NCBI GenBank assembly: GCA_951406725.2
Contig: OX597828.1
Location: 37,014,001-37,078,000, forward strand
Origin: Octopus vulgaris
Taxonomy: Eukaryota
Direction: 5' to 3'
Length of the DNA stretch: 64,000 bases
Every line of letters begins with the position of its first letter. Position 1 is the stretch's first letter. Below are positions 53,587-64,000 of the stretch, in pieces. The translations under genes were made by a program, and so were the position numbers. The notes below the pieces were generated by a model that had not been told where the DNA came from, ran no database searches, and saw nothing but the letters and a program-made list of their open reading frames with translations.

Positions 53587-53865
53587 GAATGTTTGAAGTT
53601 GGTATACAGATACTGTATATCGAGGAAAAAGGAGGCAGTCAGAATTTTGGATGGTTATTTATTATATAATTCTTTATTATCAGCGATTCCGTTCGTCTAA
53701 ACGAACTCTTCAAGATGAGAATTAAAGTCAGAATGATAAAAACGAGAAAAACAGAGCGTTTCCTTGTTATTTTATTTAGTTTTTTGCCTGTTCTTTTATG
53801 GATGCTTTTTGTTTTGTTTAGAAGAGTAAACTTTATCCAAAATTCTGGATGCCTCTTTTTTCCTC

Positions 53866-53868
<3 letters not shown>

Positions 53869-53926
<58 letters not shown>
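53869..53926. repeat. (TA)n microsatellite
   Basis: Directly visible. Confidence 0.95.
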
Positions 53927-53928
<2 letters not shown>

Positions 53929-54187
53929 GTTTCATCATATCAAAGGGAAATGGAATTTAATTAAAATTAAAATATTCAATCAAAATTTACATTTCCAGTG
54001 GTCTAACGTGCAAAAAAATTAGTCAAGAAGACTATATATTAGTCATACGATATAGTGCATATTTATACACGTGAAATTCAACACATTAGAAAAAACAGCT
54101 AGGTTCTGTAAACCTAGCTGTTCTTTCTAGTGTGTTGAATTTCACGCTAAGTGGATTCCTTATGTATATATATATAGATGTATATAT

Positions 54188-54442
54188 TGTTTGTTCCTTC
54201 TCGAGCCACGCCTGGCTCATAAGGACCATTTTCCCGATTTCCTTGGCGTATAGGTTCCCCATCTGGACGGGACGCCGATCAGTCACAGGTGAGCTGCAAG
54301 ATGCAGGAGGAAAGAGTGGGAGAAAGTTGTGGCGAAAGAGTCAGCAGAAGTTTGCCATTACCTTCTGCCAGAGCCGCGTGGAGCTTAGGTGTTTCGCTAA
54401 TAAACACACACATTGCTGCTCTAACCACTAGGCCATGTGCCT

Positions 54443-54444
<2 letters not shown>
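54188..54444 (-). mobile_element. tRNA-derived SINE with an internal deletion (A box retained, B box not seen)
   Basis: Minus strand starts GGAGGCACATGGCCTAGTGGTTAGAGCAGC (tRNA 5' arm with A box TGGCCTAGTGG). The body includes cctgtgactgatcggcgtcccgtccag and ends in an AAACAA-type tail; flanked by microsatellites. Confidence 0.7.
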
Positions 54445-54484
<40 letters not shown>

Positions 54485-54718
54485 GTATATATATATATAT
54501 GTGTGTGTACATACGTAAATAATACATACATGTACATAGAAGTGTAACTAGATAATAAAATAAACAGCTTAATATTGTGGTACAACAGAAGCATTAAATA
54601 CAGATATGTGTATAAATAGGGGTTAAGTTGTTCTCATATATGTATATGTATGTGTGTATGTATGTATGTATGTATGTATGTATGTATGCATGTATGTATA
54701 TATATATATATATACATA

Positions 54719-55065
54719 TAACTGTGGAACATGCCCCAACCTACTGGAAGGCTCGGAATTCCTATTTAATCAAGGAGAAAGTTTTACAATTAAAATCAAC
54801 TTCACTTTTGCTTCGGAGAATCTAATTTGTCATAACTTGTTCATGTTGTGGACCTAACTATATACGACAGACAAGTATGGCGCTGAGACGGAGAACAACA
54901 CTATATAAAGAACAGGCCCATTTCCCACAGTACAGACAGATTCCTTTGTGCGAACACATATAGGGATGAGCACAGTTCCCCCATCTATCAGTGCAAACAA
55001 ATAATTTCTGTACAAGAACGTATAAAGAAAATTTATTTATCGAAAAATACTGAACATACCTAAAT
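54719..55065 (+). mobile_element. Penelope-like retroelement fragment: decayed GIY-YIG endonuclease domain
   Basis: Translation with one frameshift near 54828: NCGTCPNLLEGSEFLFNQGESFTIKINFTFASENLI/VITCSCCGPNYIRQTSMALRRRTTLYKEQ...YRQIPLCEHI*, then ...ERIKKILFIEKY*TYLN. This matches the CxxC...NxIYxIxCxxCxxxYIGQT...LxxR...H...LN pattern of Penelope endonucleases. Confidence 0.8.
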
Positions 55066-55342
55066 ATGAACGCATAACCAACTTTGGTATCAGTGTATAT
55101 TTTAATTCATGTTCACCTACACATCCCTCTAAATATTACTTTAGCTTTTGAGCTTTTTTATATTTATTTACCCCTCCCTAAAAAATGTGCTATTACCTCC
55201 CCTGTCCCAAATAATAACGATCACTAATTACCTCCCCTTAAATTTTTTACTTGTTGATTCATTCATTTACAAACACCCATACACAATATGGACTAACATG
55301 GACTAACATTTTCTTAAGAAAATACGAAATTACAATAATTGC

Positions 55343-55380
55343 AATGTCATGATTAGCGAAAGCGAAACCTTTCGAACATT
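55343..55380 (+). ncRNA. Decayed minimal hammerhead motif (sense to the Penelope ORF)
   Basis: AAUGU-C-AUGAUUA-GC-GAAA-GC-GAAA-CCUU-UC-GA-ACAUU. Stem I AAUGU/ACAUU, stem II GC-GAAA-GC, GAAA and UC are retained. The core differs from CUGAUGA at 2 positions and stem III is no longer palindromic. Confidence 0.45.
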
Positions 55381-55392
55381 TATAAATAGAAG

Positions 55393-55440
55393 GTCTTATA
55401 GCTGTTTCCAGGATATTTATTATATCCTTTCATCGGAGAC
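55393..55440 (-). ncRNA. Minimal type I hammerhead motif, U4C core variant (antisense to the Penelope ORF)
   Basis: Minus strand GUCU-CCGAUGA-A-AGGAUAU-AAUAA-AUAUCCU-G-GAAA-CAGCUA-UA^AGAC: 4-bp stem I, perfect 7-bp stem II, near-palindromic stem III (CAGCUG expected). Confidence 0.7.
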
Positions 55441-55699
55441 AGTGTGAGAAAATGGTTAAGTAATAGTTAATTTAGATAAGATACGAAATAGAGAGTGAAG
55501 TGGCGGAATGAAAATAGATGTGAGATATGCAGGGATATTGCATTTCTAGATCCATTATTTAGGCAGAATGGTATACATATACGATTCCAACACCTTATGA
55601 GTAAAATCCAATAGTATTTAAAATTGGTCATTCCAAGTATAAAGTTTGTACACAGTGCTAATGAATCAAGGGTTTTATTTGAAGGGACCTAAAAGTACG

Positions 55700-55814
55700 T
55701 ACATACATACATACATACATACATACATACATACATACATACATACATACATACATACATACATACACACATACATACATACATACATACATACATACAT
55801 ACATACATACATAC
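55700..55814. repeat. (TACA)n microsatellite
   Basis: Directly visible. Confidence 0.97.
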
Positions 55815-57247
55815 CCGAAAAAGTTTATAGCATTGTCACATGTAATGGTTTAACTTCACTGAAGCCATTATATTAAAGAAACGGTTGATATCAAAAGGCG
55901 GTTAAAAATTTTATTGATATTTTAATGTCTGACTATGTTTATTCAGAACAGATTATACGAAATGATAATATTTGTTTCTAGTTTGATATCTTTTTCAATA
56001 GTCAATTTAAAGTAAACATCTTGTATCGCTTAGTCAGAGGTGGGAGAGCAGTACATTTGATCTTTTTCGAGATGAAATTAGAGATTCGGTTCGAATCCTA
56101 GCAATATACATCTACTTAAGACGCACAACGCCAGATAATGATTTCAGATACCCAATAATTTGAACGATCTTTCCAAACGGTTTCCTCACTGTTTTCGCCT
56201 GTTCGATTTCACTCCAATGGATGTGATCGATCCAAAGCTATCTTAGTCCCGTACACAACAACGATGGACGCTATTACAACACCAGCCTAAGAACACTACT
56301 GCTATTTCACTTCATACAAATATCAAAATAGCAGCAACTCGATCATCAATAATCTCATTAGTTTCCTGAGTATTGGGACACGCATCACCTGAGATAAGTG
56401 TATGTGAACAGAAGTTGTGTTCAGATTGACTTCATTTTGACTATTGTTACTGTTTCATCACCAGGGCCTAGGAGTGCAGAGCGAAATGTGGACAATGGAG
56501 GGAATGTTACATGTCCTAACTGTTACGACAAATCTTACGATAGGTCTCTGACATCCCTTACGATAAATCTCTGACACACGTGTAGGTATTTATTAGGGTT
56601 TTTAATCATACGAATGTACCGCATATCGGAACTAATGTCTCTAGGGATTCATTGCATTTAGTCATTCAACTAACCACTTATATACCATAGATCTGTCTGT
56701 TCAATCATGCTGAACTGCAACTACAAAATAACAAAACAGCAGCAGCAGCAACAACAAAAAATACAACAACAACAACAACAATTATACTGTCGAAAGTTTA
56801 GAAACAGCATAAAAAATAGGCTGCGGGTTGACTAGGTCCTTTATTTTACCAGCGTACAAATAGTTGTAAGCTAACTTGAATCAAGTGAACAATTCACCCA
56901 GGTAAGGTTGGGGATCTTTTAAACCGATTTAATCACGTGATTGTGGGGTTATATTTGTACTTCAACAAGCATTAAAGAAACATCAATCTCTGCACTACAT
57001 CTGAACTCGGGATGGAGAAGAACGTAAATAAAATTACTACAGGTTCTTTTTTTGGGTGCTGTCCCGGTTTTGTCGTTTACAATCCGATTCACCGTACTCG
57101 TGTGTGTGTGTGGTTGAAAAATCAGGTAATATGCTCCCTTCTTAAATTAAGCAGATGAACTTGGAGATACTCCGGATGGTTGGACATAGAAATGATTAAC
57201 AGAATTTCAAGGTGTTTGTTCGACCCAAAATATATTTTGATATAGAT

Positions 57248-57322
57248 ATGTGTGCGTGCGTGTGTGTGAGCGTATGTATGTGTGAGTATGTGTGTGTGTG
57301 TGTGTGTGTGCCTTTATATATG

Positions 57323-57411
<89 letters not shown>

Positions 57412-57455
57412 GGAGGGACAGAGAAAAAGAGAGAGAGAGAGAAAAAAAGAGAGAT
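57248..57455. repeat. Compound (TG)n/(TA)n/(GA)n microsatellite
   Basis: Directly visible. Confidence 0.93.
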
Positions 57456-57463
57456 GTATGCAT

Positions 57464-57630
57464 GCGTGGGTGTGTGGTAAGTAGCTTGCTTACCAATCAC
57501 ATGATCCTGGGTTCAGTCCCACTACATAGCATCTTGGACAAGTGTCTTCTACTATAGCCTCGGGTGGGCCCAAGCCTTGTGAGTGGATTTGGTAGGCGGA
57601 AACTGAAACAAGCTCGTCATATATATATAG

Positions 57631-57663
<33 letters not shown>

Positions 57664-57898
57664 TGTATGTATGTATGTATGTATATGCTTGTGTGTCTTG
57701 TGTGTTCCCCCATCATCGTTTGACAACCGATGTTGGTGTGTTTACGTCCCCGTAACTTAGCGGTTCGGCAAAAAAAGGACCGATAGAATAAGTACTAGGG
57801 TTACAAAGAATAAGTCCTGGGGTCGATTTGTTCGATTAAAAGGTGGTGCTACAGCATGGCCGCAGTCAAATGACTGAAACAAGTGTAAGAGTTAAAGA

Positions 57899-57900
<2 letters not shown>
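57464..57900 (+). mobile_element. Near full-length tRNA-derived CORE-type SINE (octopus OR-like) with an internal (TA)/(TATG)n microsatellite
   Basis: tRNA-like head gcgtgggtgtgtggtaagtagcttgc...gggttcagtccc (B box), CORE-like ttggacaagtgtcttctactatagcctcggg, and 3' tail ...gcggttcggcaaaa...gtcaaatgactgaaacaagt. A second copy of the tail lies at 63434-63563 (-). Confidence 0.85.
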
Positions 57901-57943
<43 letters not shown>

Positions 57944-58215
57944 TGTGAGTGCATGTATAATTGCTTATAAACGGGATCGTATATGCGTATGTATATACAT
58001 ATGTGTATCTCAGTAAGGGTGTATGTGAGTATTTATGAACTTATAATTGCCAAGTACTCACTTAGGTACATATGTACTTGCTTGCACTTGTATATACATA
58101 TCCGTCCATTCATATATATATATACTTACATAAAGATAGACAGATAGACAGACAAGAAAATGTATGTACCATCATAGAGGTCGGCTACCATGCTGATGTG
58201 AATATCACTTCGAAA

Positions 58216-58218
<3 letters not shown>

Positions 58219-58284
<66 letters not shown>

Positions 58285-58290
58285 AGATAG
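58219..58290. repeat. (GA)n microsatellite
   Basis: Directly visible. Confidence 0.97.
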
Positions 58291-58485
58291 GAGGAGAAAG
58301 ACAAAGAGAGAGAAGAGAGGTGGGGATAAATAAACTTTTAGCTTCTATACTCAGACTGTAAATTGACAATAATAATTAGCGCACGTAGTTTTTCATTATA
58401 AATGCCTACCTGACAATCTAGAGAAGCTAGGGAAGAGGTGGGGGAACGATTTCACGTTGGAAGGCCGTATTAACTTATTTGTAAG

Positions 58486-58706
58486 AAAAGCGGTGAGCTG
58501 GCAGAATCGTTAGCACGCTGGACGAAACGCTTAGCGGTATTTCACCCGTCATTACGTTCTGAGTTCAAATTCCGCCGAGGTCGACTTTGCCTTTCATCCT
58601 TTCGGGGTCGATAAATTAAGTTCTAGTTACGCACTGGGATCGATGTAATCGGCTGATCCTCTCCCTCAAAATTTCAGGCCTTGTGCCTATAGTAGAAAGG
58701 ATTGAT
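58486..58706 (+). mobile_element. Full-length tRNA-derived SINE with a Nin-like central domain and an 11-bp target-site duplication
   Basis: A box region gagctggcagaatcgttagc, B box gagttcaaattcc, central gcctttcatcctttcggggtcgataaattaag. TSD TTATTTGTAAG at 58475-58485 and 58707-58717. Related copies at 46845 and 63026. Confidence 0.9.
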
Positions 58707-60134
58707 TTATTTGTAAGCTAATATGGCCGCATTCAAGGAACTCCAATTAGGTATTCTTCAAAACCTACATTATTTTTTAAAAATCTAACTACTATGTACT
58801 AATTAACTTAAAATAAATGAAAAAAATATTGTTAATTCTAAATTTTACCAACCTTTTAACGACTTTGAGTACTTTTTATAGGAAAGCATTGGAATGTTTG
58901 TTTGCAACATGAAGGTCTGCAGTTTCAGTTGATCCTCCTTATGGGTGTCCGTCTTTGGTGACTTTAAGGGCGTCTTGATTTTGGTTAGGTAGTAAAATGC
59001 AGATTCACAGCAATAAGTGGTTGAAAAGCAGCAAAACAATTTTCGTGCCGAAGGCATGAGCTTTCTGTTGCATGAATCAGATCTTTGTCAGTATCAGATA
59101 AGGATTTTAAAATGTCATCTTCTGAGAGTTCAATCAATTCCATCTGTAATTTTGTAGGAGCCTTGGAGACATCAACTAAGAAAGTTTGAAATGCAAATCT
59201 GAGCGTGATGTCACGATTCTCAAACTCAGTGAATCTTTCATTGTATTCTCCCATAAAAATGTCTACAACAGCTACGCATTCATCAAACGATTTGTATGAA
59301 TTTTCTTGTTGATCAATCACCTTTGCTAACCTGAGAAAATGTATACACGAAATTTAATTACCTGTTTTCGCAAAGGTAAAATTTTGCTAAAACCTCTCCC
59401 TGCGACAGCCAACATATTTTAGAATGATACGGCAAATTCACACTGAATACTTCATCGCCTGACTTTAGCATGTTACGAAACTGGCGATGCCATGTTGCAT
59501 TTGAACGAATATAGTTAACAATACATATCGTGCCACTTCAAATAGTAGATTTAACAGAGATTTTACTGATGTAAGATACACTGAAAAGAAATGAGAGCAT
59601 CTGATTCTAATAATACTTTTTTATCCACGCAATAAGCCCTTCACGTTTTCCTGTCATGGACGATACACCGTCTGTACATACGCTCACTAAATTAATCAAA
59701 TTCAGTCCAACTTCACGACATTTATCTTAGACGTTTCGGAGTGTATCTATTCTTCGTGTTCTGCACGTAAGAGGGCCCAAAGCCAAGATCTCTTTTCGGA
59801 GCAAATAAAATCTTCTCTTATGGCTCGTATGAAATACAAAACCTGCGCTGAGTCAGTAGCATCAGTTAATTCAGCCAATGCGATTAAATGAATTGTGTTG
59901 TTCTGCTAATTCATGCTGCCGATCAGTTATGGTTTTCCTTGAAAGAGGCAGTTGCTTTTTACTTTGAAACTTATCGGAGTCTAAGCATCGACAAAAATTA
60001 TTTTACGATTCCCACATCGCTGAATGGCTATCCTTTTCTGCAGCTTTCCTTTTCATAAGTTGCTTCAGTGGCATTATTTCCAGGTCTTACTACTACTTGA
60101 AATAATTGTCTTTGTGTTCTTTTTTCATGTTTTA

Positions 60135-61401
60135 TTAGGTTGTCAAGAAAGTTCTTGCGGTTTTTAACCTTTAAATTAAGATGCACATATCTCGGCTCAA
60201 ACAAAACTTTATTAATCGAAATAAACACCATCAGAATCAACACACTTTTGCCAACGCGAAACAAGTTTATTTATGCCATTCTGGTGGCGATGAAGTCGTT
60301 GAAGGCGTTTTTGCCATTGTCTTGGTTTTTGAAGCATTTCTCACGCAGGAAGTTGTCGAGATGCTTGAAAAAGTGGTAGTCGGTAGGTGAGAGGTCTGGT
60401 GAGTATGGCGGATGAGGCAGAGTTTCATAGCCCACTTCGTTCAACATCTGCAGGGCCAGTTGTGCGACGTGCGGCCGAGCGTTGTCGTGGAGAAGAATTG
60501 GTCCTTTTCTATTGACCAATACTGGCTGTTGTTGTTGGAGTTTCTTATGCATTTCATCCATTTGCTGACAATATTTCTCCGTCGTAATCGTTCCGCCTGG
60601 ATCCAAAAAGCTGTGATAGATGAGACCGGCCGTAGACCACCAAAGAGTAACCATGACCTTCTTTTAGTGCAACTTTGGCTTAGGGAAGTGCTGTGGAGCT
60701 TCGTCGGCGTCCAGTCACTGAGCTAAGTGTCACCGGTTGTCGGAAAGAATTCACTTTTCATTGCAAGTCACAATCCGGCCGAAAAACGGGTCTTGTTGCG
60801 TAAAAGAAGGGAAGACTACACTTCAAAACGATGTTTTTTTTTTTGGTTGTCGTTCAATTCGTGCGGCACCCATTTTTCAAGTATTTTTGTTTTTCCCATC
60901 TCTTTCAAGTGGTTGGAAATTGTCGTATACGTTTCGTCTAATTCAGAAGCAAGCTCTCGAACAGTTGTGCGTGGATTGGCTTCGACTAAGGCTCTTAGTT
61001 GATCGTTGTCAACATCCGATAGCCGACCACTACGCTTATTATCTTCAAGACTCTCGTCACCGCTATGAAATTTATTGAACCACCATTGTGCTGTACGTTC
61101 ATTAGTGGTTCCTGATCCAAACGCATCGTTGATATCATGAGGTGTTTCAGCAGCTTTTCGGCCTAGCTTGAACTGGAATAAGAAAATTTTGAGAATTTTG
61201 TTTTTTGTCCATGTTGTATTCAACGTCCCGGAAAAAATGAACTAATCATTCAAAAAAGAAAAAGGATAACACGGTTAGATAGAGCGAAAAACGGGCTTTC
61301 AAATTATATATAGAGTTAAAGTAATTTAATGAAAATTAATTTGAAAATACATCATTTAAAACCAAAATTAATAATCCGCAAGAACTTCCTTGACAACCTA
61401 A
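60135..61401 (-). mobile_element. Full-length (1267 bp) mariner transposon, cecropia/Hsmar1-like, inserted at a TA in the hAT ORF
   Basis: 26-bp TIRs: TTAGGTTGTCAAGAAAGTTCTTGCGG (60135-60160) and its reverse complement with 1 mismatch (61376-61401). TA at 60133-60134; right TA mutated to TG. Confidence 0.95.
60212..61212 (-). pseudogene. Mariner DD34D transposase pseudogene
   Basis: MDKKQ/..IFLFQFKLGRKAAET...WWFNKF..GDESLED..RSGR...KWVPHEL; IVTCNEK* (first catalytic D mutated to N); LLHDNARPH; HPPYSPDLSPTDYHFF; GINKLVSRWQKCVDSDGVYFD*. Several frameshifts and in-frame stops (60660-60760). Confidence 0.93.
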
Positions 61402-62182
61402 TGATTTCTGTAAAGCAACCTTTTGCACCTGTCCTTTTAATTTGAAATATTTGTGGTCCTAATGAGTGGCATAATACTGATGAGCATTGAATTTCTTCTA
61501 TGTTGATATCGCAGTATAACAAAGCAAGCAAATCATCTTATCTTTAGCAGATGAAAAATAACATTGCAGTTCCCAGTCCCCATTAAAACTTCTGTTATCT
61601 CCCTTCAGCATTCTCTAGGTCTTCTTTGACATGATGGACTGTTAAGCAAACAAAATGAAAAAAAAAAGTATTAAATAAAACAAACACCAGGATACGGTGA
61701 GGCTGTGTAACTATTCTCAAGTCCCTTCAAATGGAAAGCCACGTGTAACGTTGTCACAAGTTGATAATCATTGGCGTAATGGATCGCCACAGTTTCGATA
61801 ACCAGACTCGGACGGTAGTAGCGCTAGTCAGGAAGGGAAGTTAATGTACATTCTAGAGTCACATTAGAACTAAATCACGAGTGTAGCTCTCTACCACCCT
61901 GCACGTGACTGGGTCCCTCGATGAAGTGGTGTATAGCCAGCACTGGTGCTCATTTCATGAATGATGGCAGAAACTTTTCGAGTAATAGAGAGTAGAACTT
62001 TCATGGCGCTAGTGAGGATGCGATAGTTTGTGGTTGCCATGCTTCAGCCACGCAGTAAGCGTGGTAAACGAGGGAGCAGTTGTGATGCTCTGGTTCCTCG
62101 ATGGTGGTGGCATGGTTGAAATCATAGGATGGTTGAAGTCTTCATTGATTACCAATGGACGATCATGACAACATTAAGCATA

Positions 62183-62525
62183 TTCGTTCGTTCGTTCGTT
62201 CGTTCGTTCGTTCGTTCCTTCCTTCCTTCCTTTATTCTTTCTTTCTTTTAATCTTTCTGTCTTTCTTTCATTTAAAAAAAAATATTAGGTCAACGTGAAA
62301 TTTGAGAGTGAATTATCACATGCATGCATGTATGTATGTATGTATGTATGTATGTATGTATGTACGTGTGTGCGCGTGTGTGTATGTGTGTATGTATGCA
62401 TGGGCGAAGGTGTTGGACGCTGGAGATTTGGCACGGCTGATTGGAGATTAAACCCGTTTTAACGAAGTACCTTCAGGCACTTGTGAAAAACATACATACT
62501 CTTACACACGTGCACGCATAACGTT

Positions 62526-62567
<42 letters not shown>

Positions 62568-62630
62568 CATATACATACATACACACACACACACACCACA
62601 CACACACACACACATATATATACATATATA
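62183..62630. repeat. Microsatellite cluster: (TTCG)n/(TTCC)n, (TATG)n, (TA)n, (CA)n
   Basis: Directly visible. Confidence 0.88.
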
Positions 62631-63025
62631 TAGGAAATAGAAGTTATAATGCAAGTTGTATCCTCCTGAGGCACATCTGCATGTTCACATCAATCCAATG
62701 TGTGTATGTTGGTGATTTATTTTAATTGTGATATATATGGCGATTGAATGTTTTGGTGAATCCAATTTTCAATGTAATTGCGTATCAAAACAGAAAACTG
62801 AAAAAAAAAAAAAAAATTGATATATTTTTAATTCCATGTTACACGTGTCTTATTACAAGATAGGAATTAGAATGGTATACATGTTGAAGAAATATGTATA
62901 GATTCTCCTATTTCATAGATTCTTCGGGCAAAGATTATAAAAATAATACGAATTTACGCTTGGATGCTGCTGCTATTAAGCATTAATCAGGAGTATTTAA
63001 GTGAGAGAAGATGGAAGATATTAAT

Positions 63026-63240
63026 GGCTTCAAAGTTTAGCACACGGCCAGCAATTTCGGGGAAGGCGGTAAAACGACTTTATCGACCGCAGTGCTTAGC
63101 TGGTTCTTATTTTATCGACCCCGAAACGATGAAAGGCACAATCGGCCTCGGCAGATTTTGAACTCAAAACGTAGAGACGGACGAAATGCCGTTAAGCATT
63201 TTATACGGCGTGCTACAGATTATTTCCGCTCGCCAACTTA
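63026..63240 (-). mobile_element. tRNA-derived SINE, diverged copy of the 58486-58706 family
   Basis: ttttatcgaccccgaaacgatgaaaggca...tttgaactcaaaacg...gacgaaatgccgttaagc...ggcgtgcta is the reverse complement of the 58486 copy. Confidence 0.85.
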
Positions 63241-63301
63241 AATTGGAAGATAATATTATTAAGAGAGAGAGTGAGGGATAGAGAAAACACACACACGTGA
63301 A

Positions 63302-63430
63302 TGTATGTATATTTGTATGTATGTATGTATGTATGTATGTATGTATGTACGTACGAATGTATGTATGCATGTATGTATGTATGTATGTATGTATGTATGT
63401 ATGTACGAATGTATGTATGCATGTATGTAT
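63302..63430. repeat. (TATG)n microsatellite
   Basis: Directly visible. Confidence 0.95.
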
Positions 63431-63433
63431 TTA

Positions 63434-63563
63434 TCTTTTACTTGTTTCAGTCATGTGACTGTGGCCATGCTGGAGCACCGCCTTTTAGTCGAGCAAATCG
63501 ACCCCAGGACTTATTCTTTGTAAGCCTAGTACTTATTCTATCGGTCCCTTTTGCCGAACCGCT
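63434..63563 (-). mobile_element. 5'-truncated SINE (3' tail of the 57464-57900 family)
   Basis: cttgtttcagtcatgtgactgtggccatgctggagcaccgcc...tagtacttattctatcggtcccttttgccgaaccgct is the reverse complement of ~57759-57885. Confidence 0.88.
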
Positions 63564-63827
63564 GAGATGCATGTTTGAATCTGAGAGGGGGAACGTTGAA
63601 AAAAATCATAATTAACAGACCCCGATGTATACTCTTTTCCCCGAAAGCCAGGAGCGTTTTAGTGCCCTCTCGCATATGAAGGAGTTCCACTTAATTTCCT
63701 TCTCAACCAAAGTCGTTCACAAGACATGATTGACAAAAGACACTTGCCCACGGTAGCGCGCGTTGGAAGTGCATCGACACAGCGTGTTTGCAAAGCGAAG
63801 TTCATAATCACAAAAAACCCATTACCC

Positions 63828-63831
63828 AGTG

Positions 63832-63882
<51 letters not shown>

Positions 63883-64000
63883 TTGGTGGTGGTGATGGTG
63901 GTGGTGGTACTAGTAATGTTAGTAGTCTCTGCATTGACTGCACAAGTAGTATTGGTGGTGCTATTCCTAATAGTAGTACTACCAGCTGTAGTAGTTGTGA
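63828..64000. repeat. (TAG)n/(TGG)n trinucleotide microsatellite, degenerating to the window end
   Basis: Directly visible; gives the poly-L/poly-P ORF at 63659-63943. Confidence 0.9.

Larger units (their letters stand above)
58433..61700 (-). mobile_element. Decayed hAT DNA transposon (Buster/SPIN/GTF2IRD2-EPM2AIP1-like transposase pseudogene, coding relic ~61632-58845), interrupted by a mariner and a SINE; right boundary approximate
   Basis: Minus-strand motifs in order: RSFNGDWELQCYFSSAKDKMICLLC...KFNAHQYYATH (BED-like zinc finger), PFSDVGIVK, ELTDATDSAQVLYFIR, LVSVCTDGVSSMTG, VNYIRSNATWHRQF...LPYHSKICWLSQG, LQMELIEL, FSTTYCCESAF...TDTH (dimerisation domain). Many stops and frameshifts. 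Degenerate terminus agaggtgggggaac at ~58434. Confidence 0.88.

Noticed and set aside
56025-56105. tRNA-like B box GGTTCGAATCC with a weak upstream A box
   Set aside because: No cloverleaf can be drawn; at most a very old SINE head.
56534-56578. Two-copy 23-bp tandem repeat cttacgata..tctctgaca
   Set aside because: Ordinary small local duplication with nothing else to support a function.
61477-61500. CTGATGAG motif
   Set aside because: No downstream stem II or GAAA; lies within the antisense of the hAT coding relic.
61885-61905. ccaccctg as the second hAT terminal inverted repeat
   Set aside because: Only ~8 nt resemble the degenerate left terminus and no 8-bp TSD was found, so the right boundary is left approximate.

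Overview
Eukaryotic, repeat-dominated window with no intact protein-coding gene that I can support. The SINE families and microsatellite density point to an octopod cephalopod (inference from recalled repeat sequences, not a search). Bases 1-46013 are one continuous satellite array of a 13-bp monomer, GCCAAATAGCCAA (reverse strand TTGGCTATTTGGC). The array has higher-order repeats, a ~4.9-kb tandem duplication and many orientation switches. Most switches sit on short self-complementary hinges (TTCGCGAA, AATT, AGCT, CCTAGG, GGCC), and a fixed ~115-bp inverted cassette recurs through it. The hundreds of hydrophobic LAIWLGYLAWLFG ORFs are a reading artefact of the 13-mer. Bases 46014-64000 are AT-rich flank containing: microsatellites; tRNA-derived SINEs; a type I hammerhead ribozyme 0.7 kb from the array end; a Penelope-like GIY-YIG fragment followed by a convergent pair of hammerhead motifs; a composite non-autonomous Helitron; and a dead hAT (Buster/SPIN/GTF2IRD2-like) transposon carrying a nested SINE and a nested Hsmar1-like mariner. 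All alignments and folds were done by eye.
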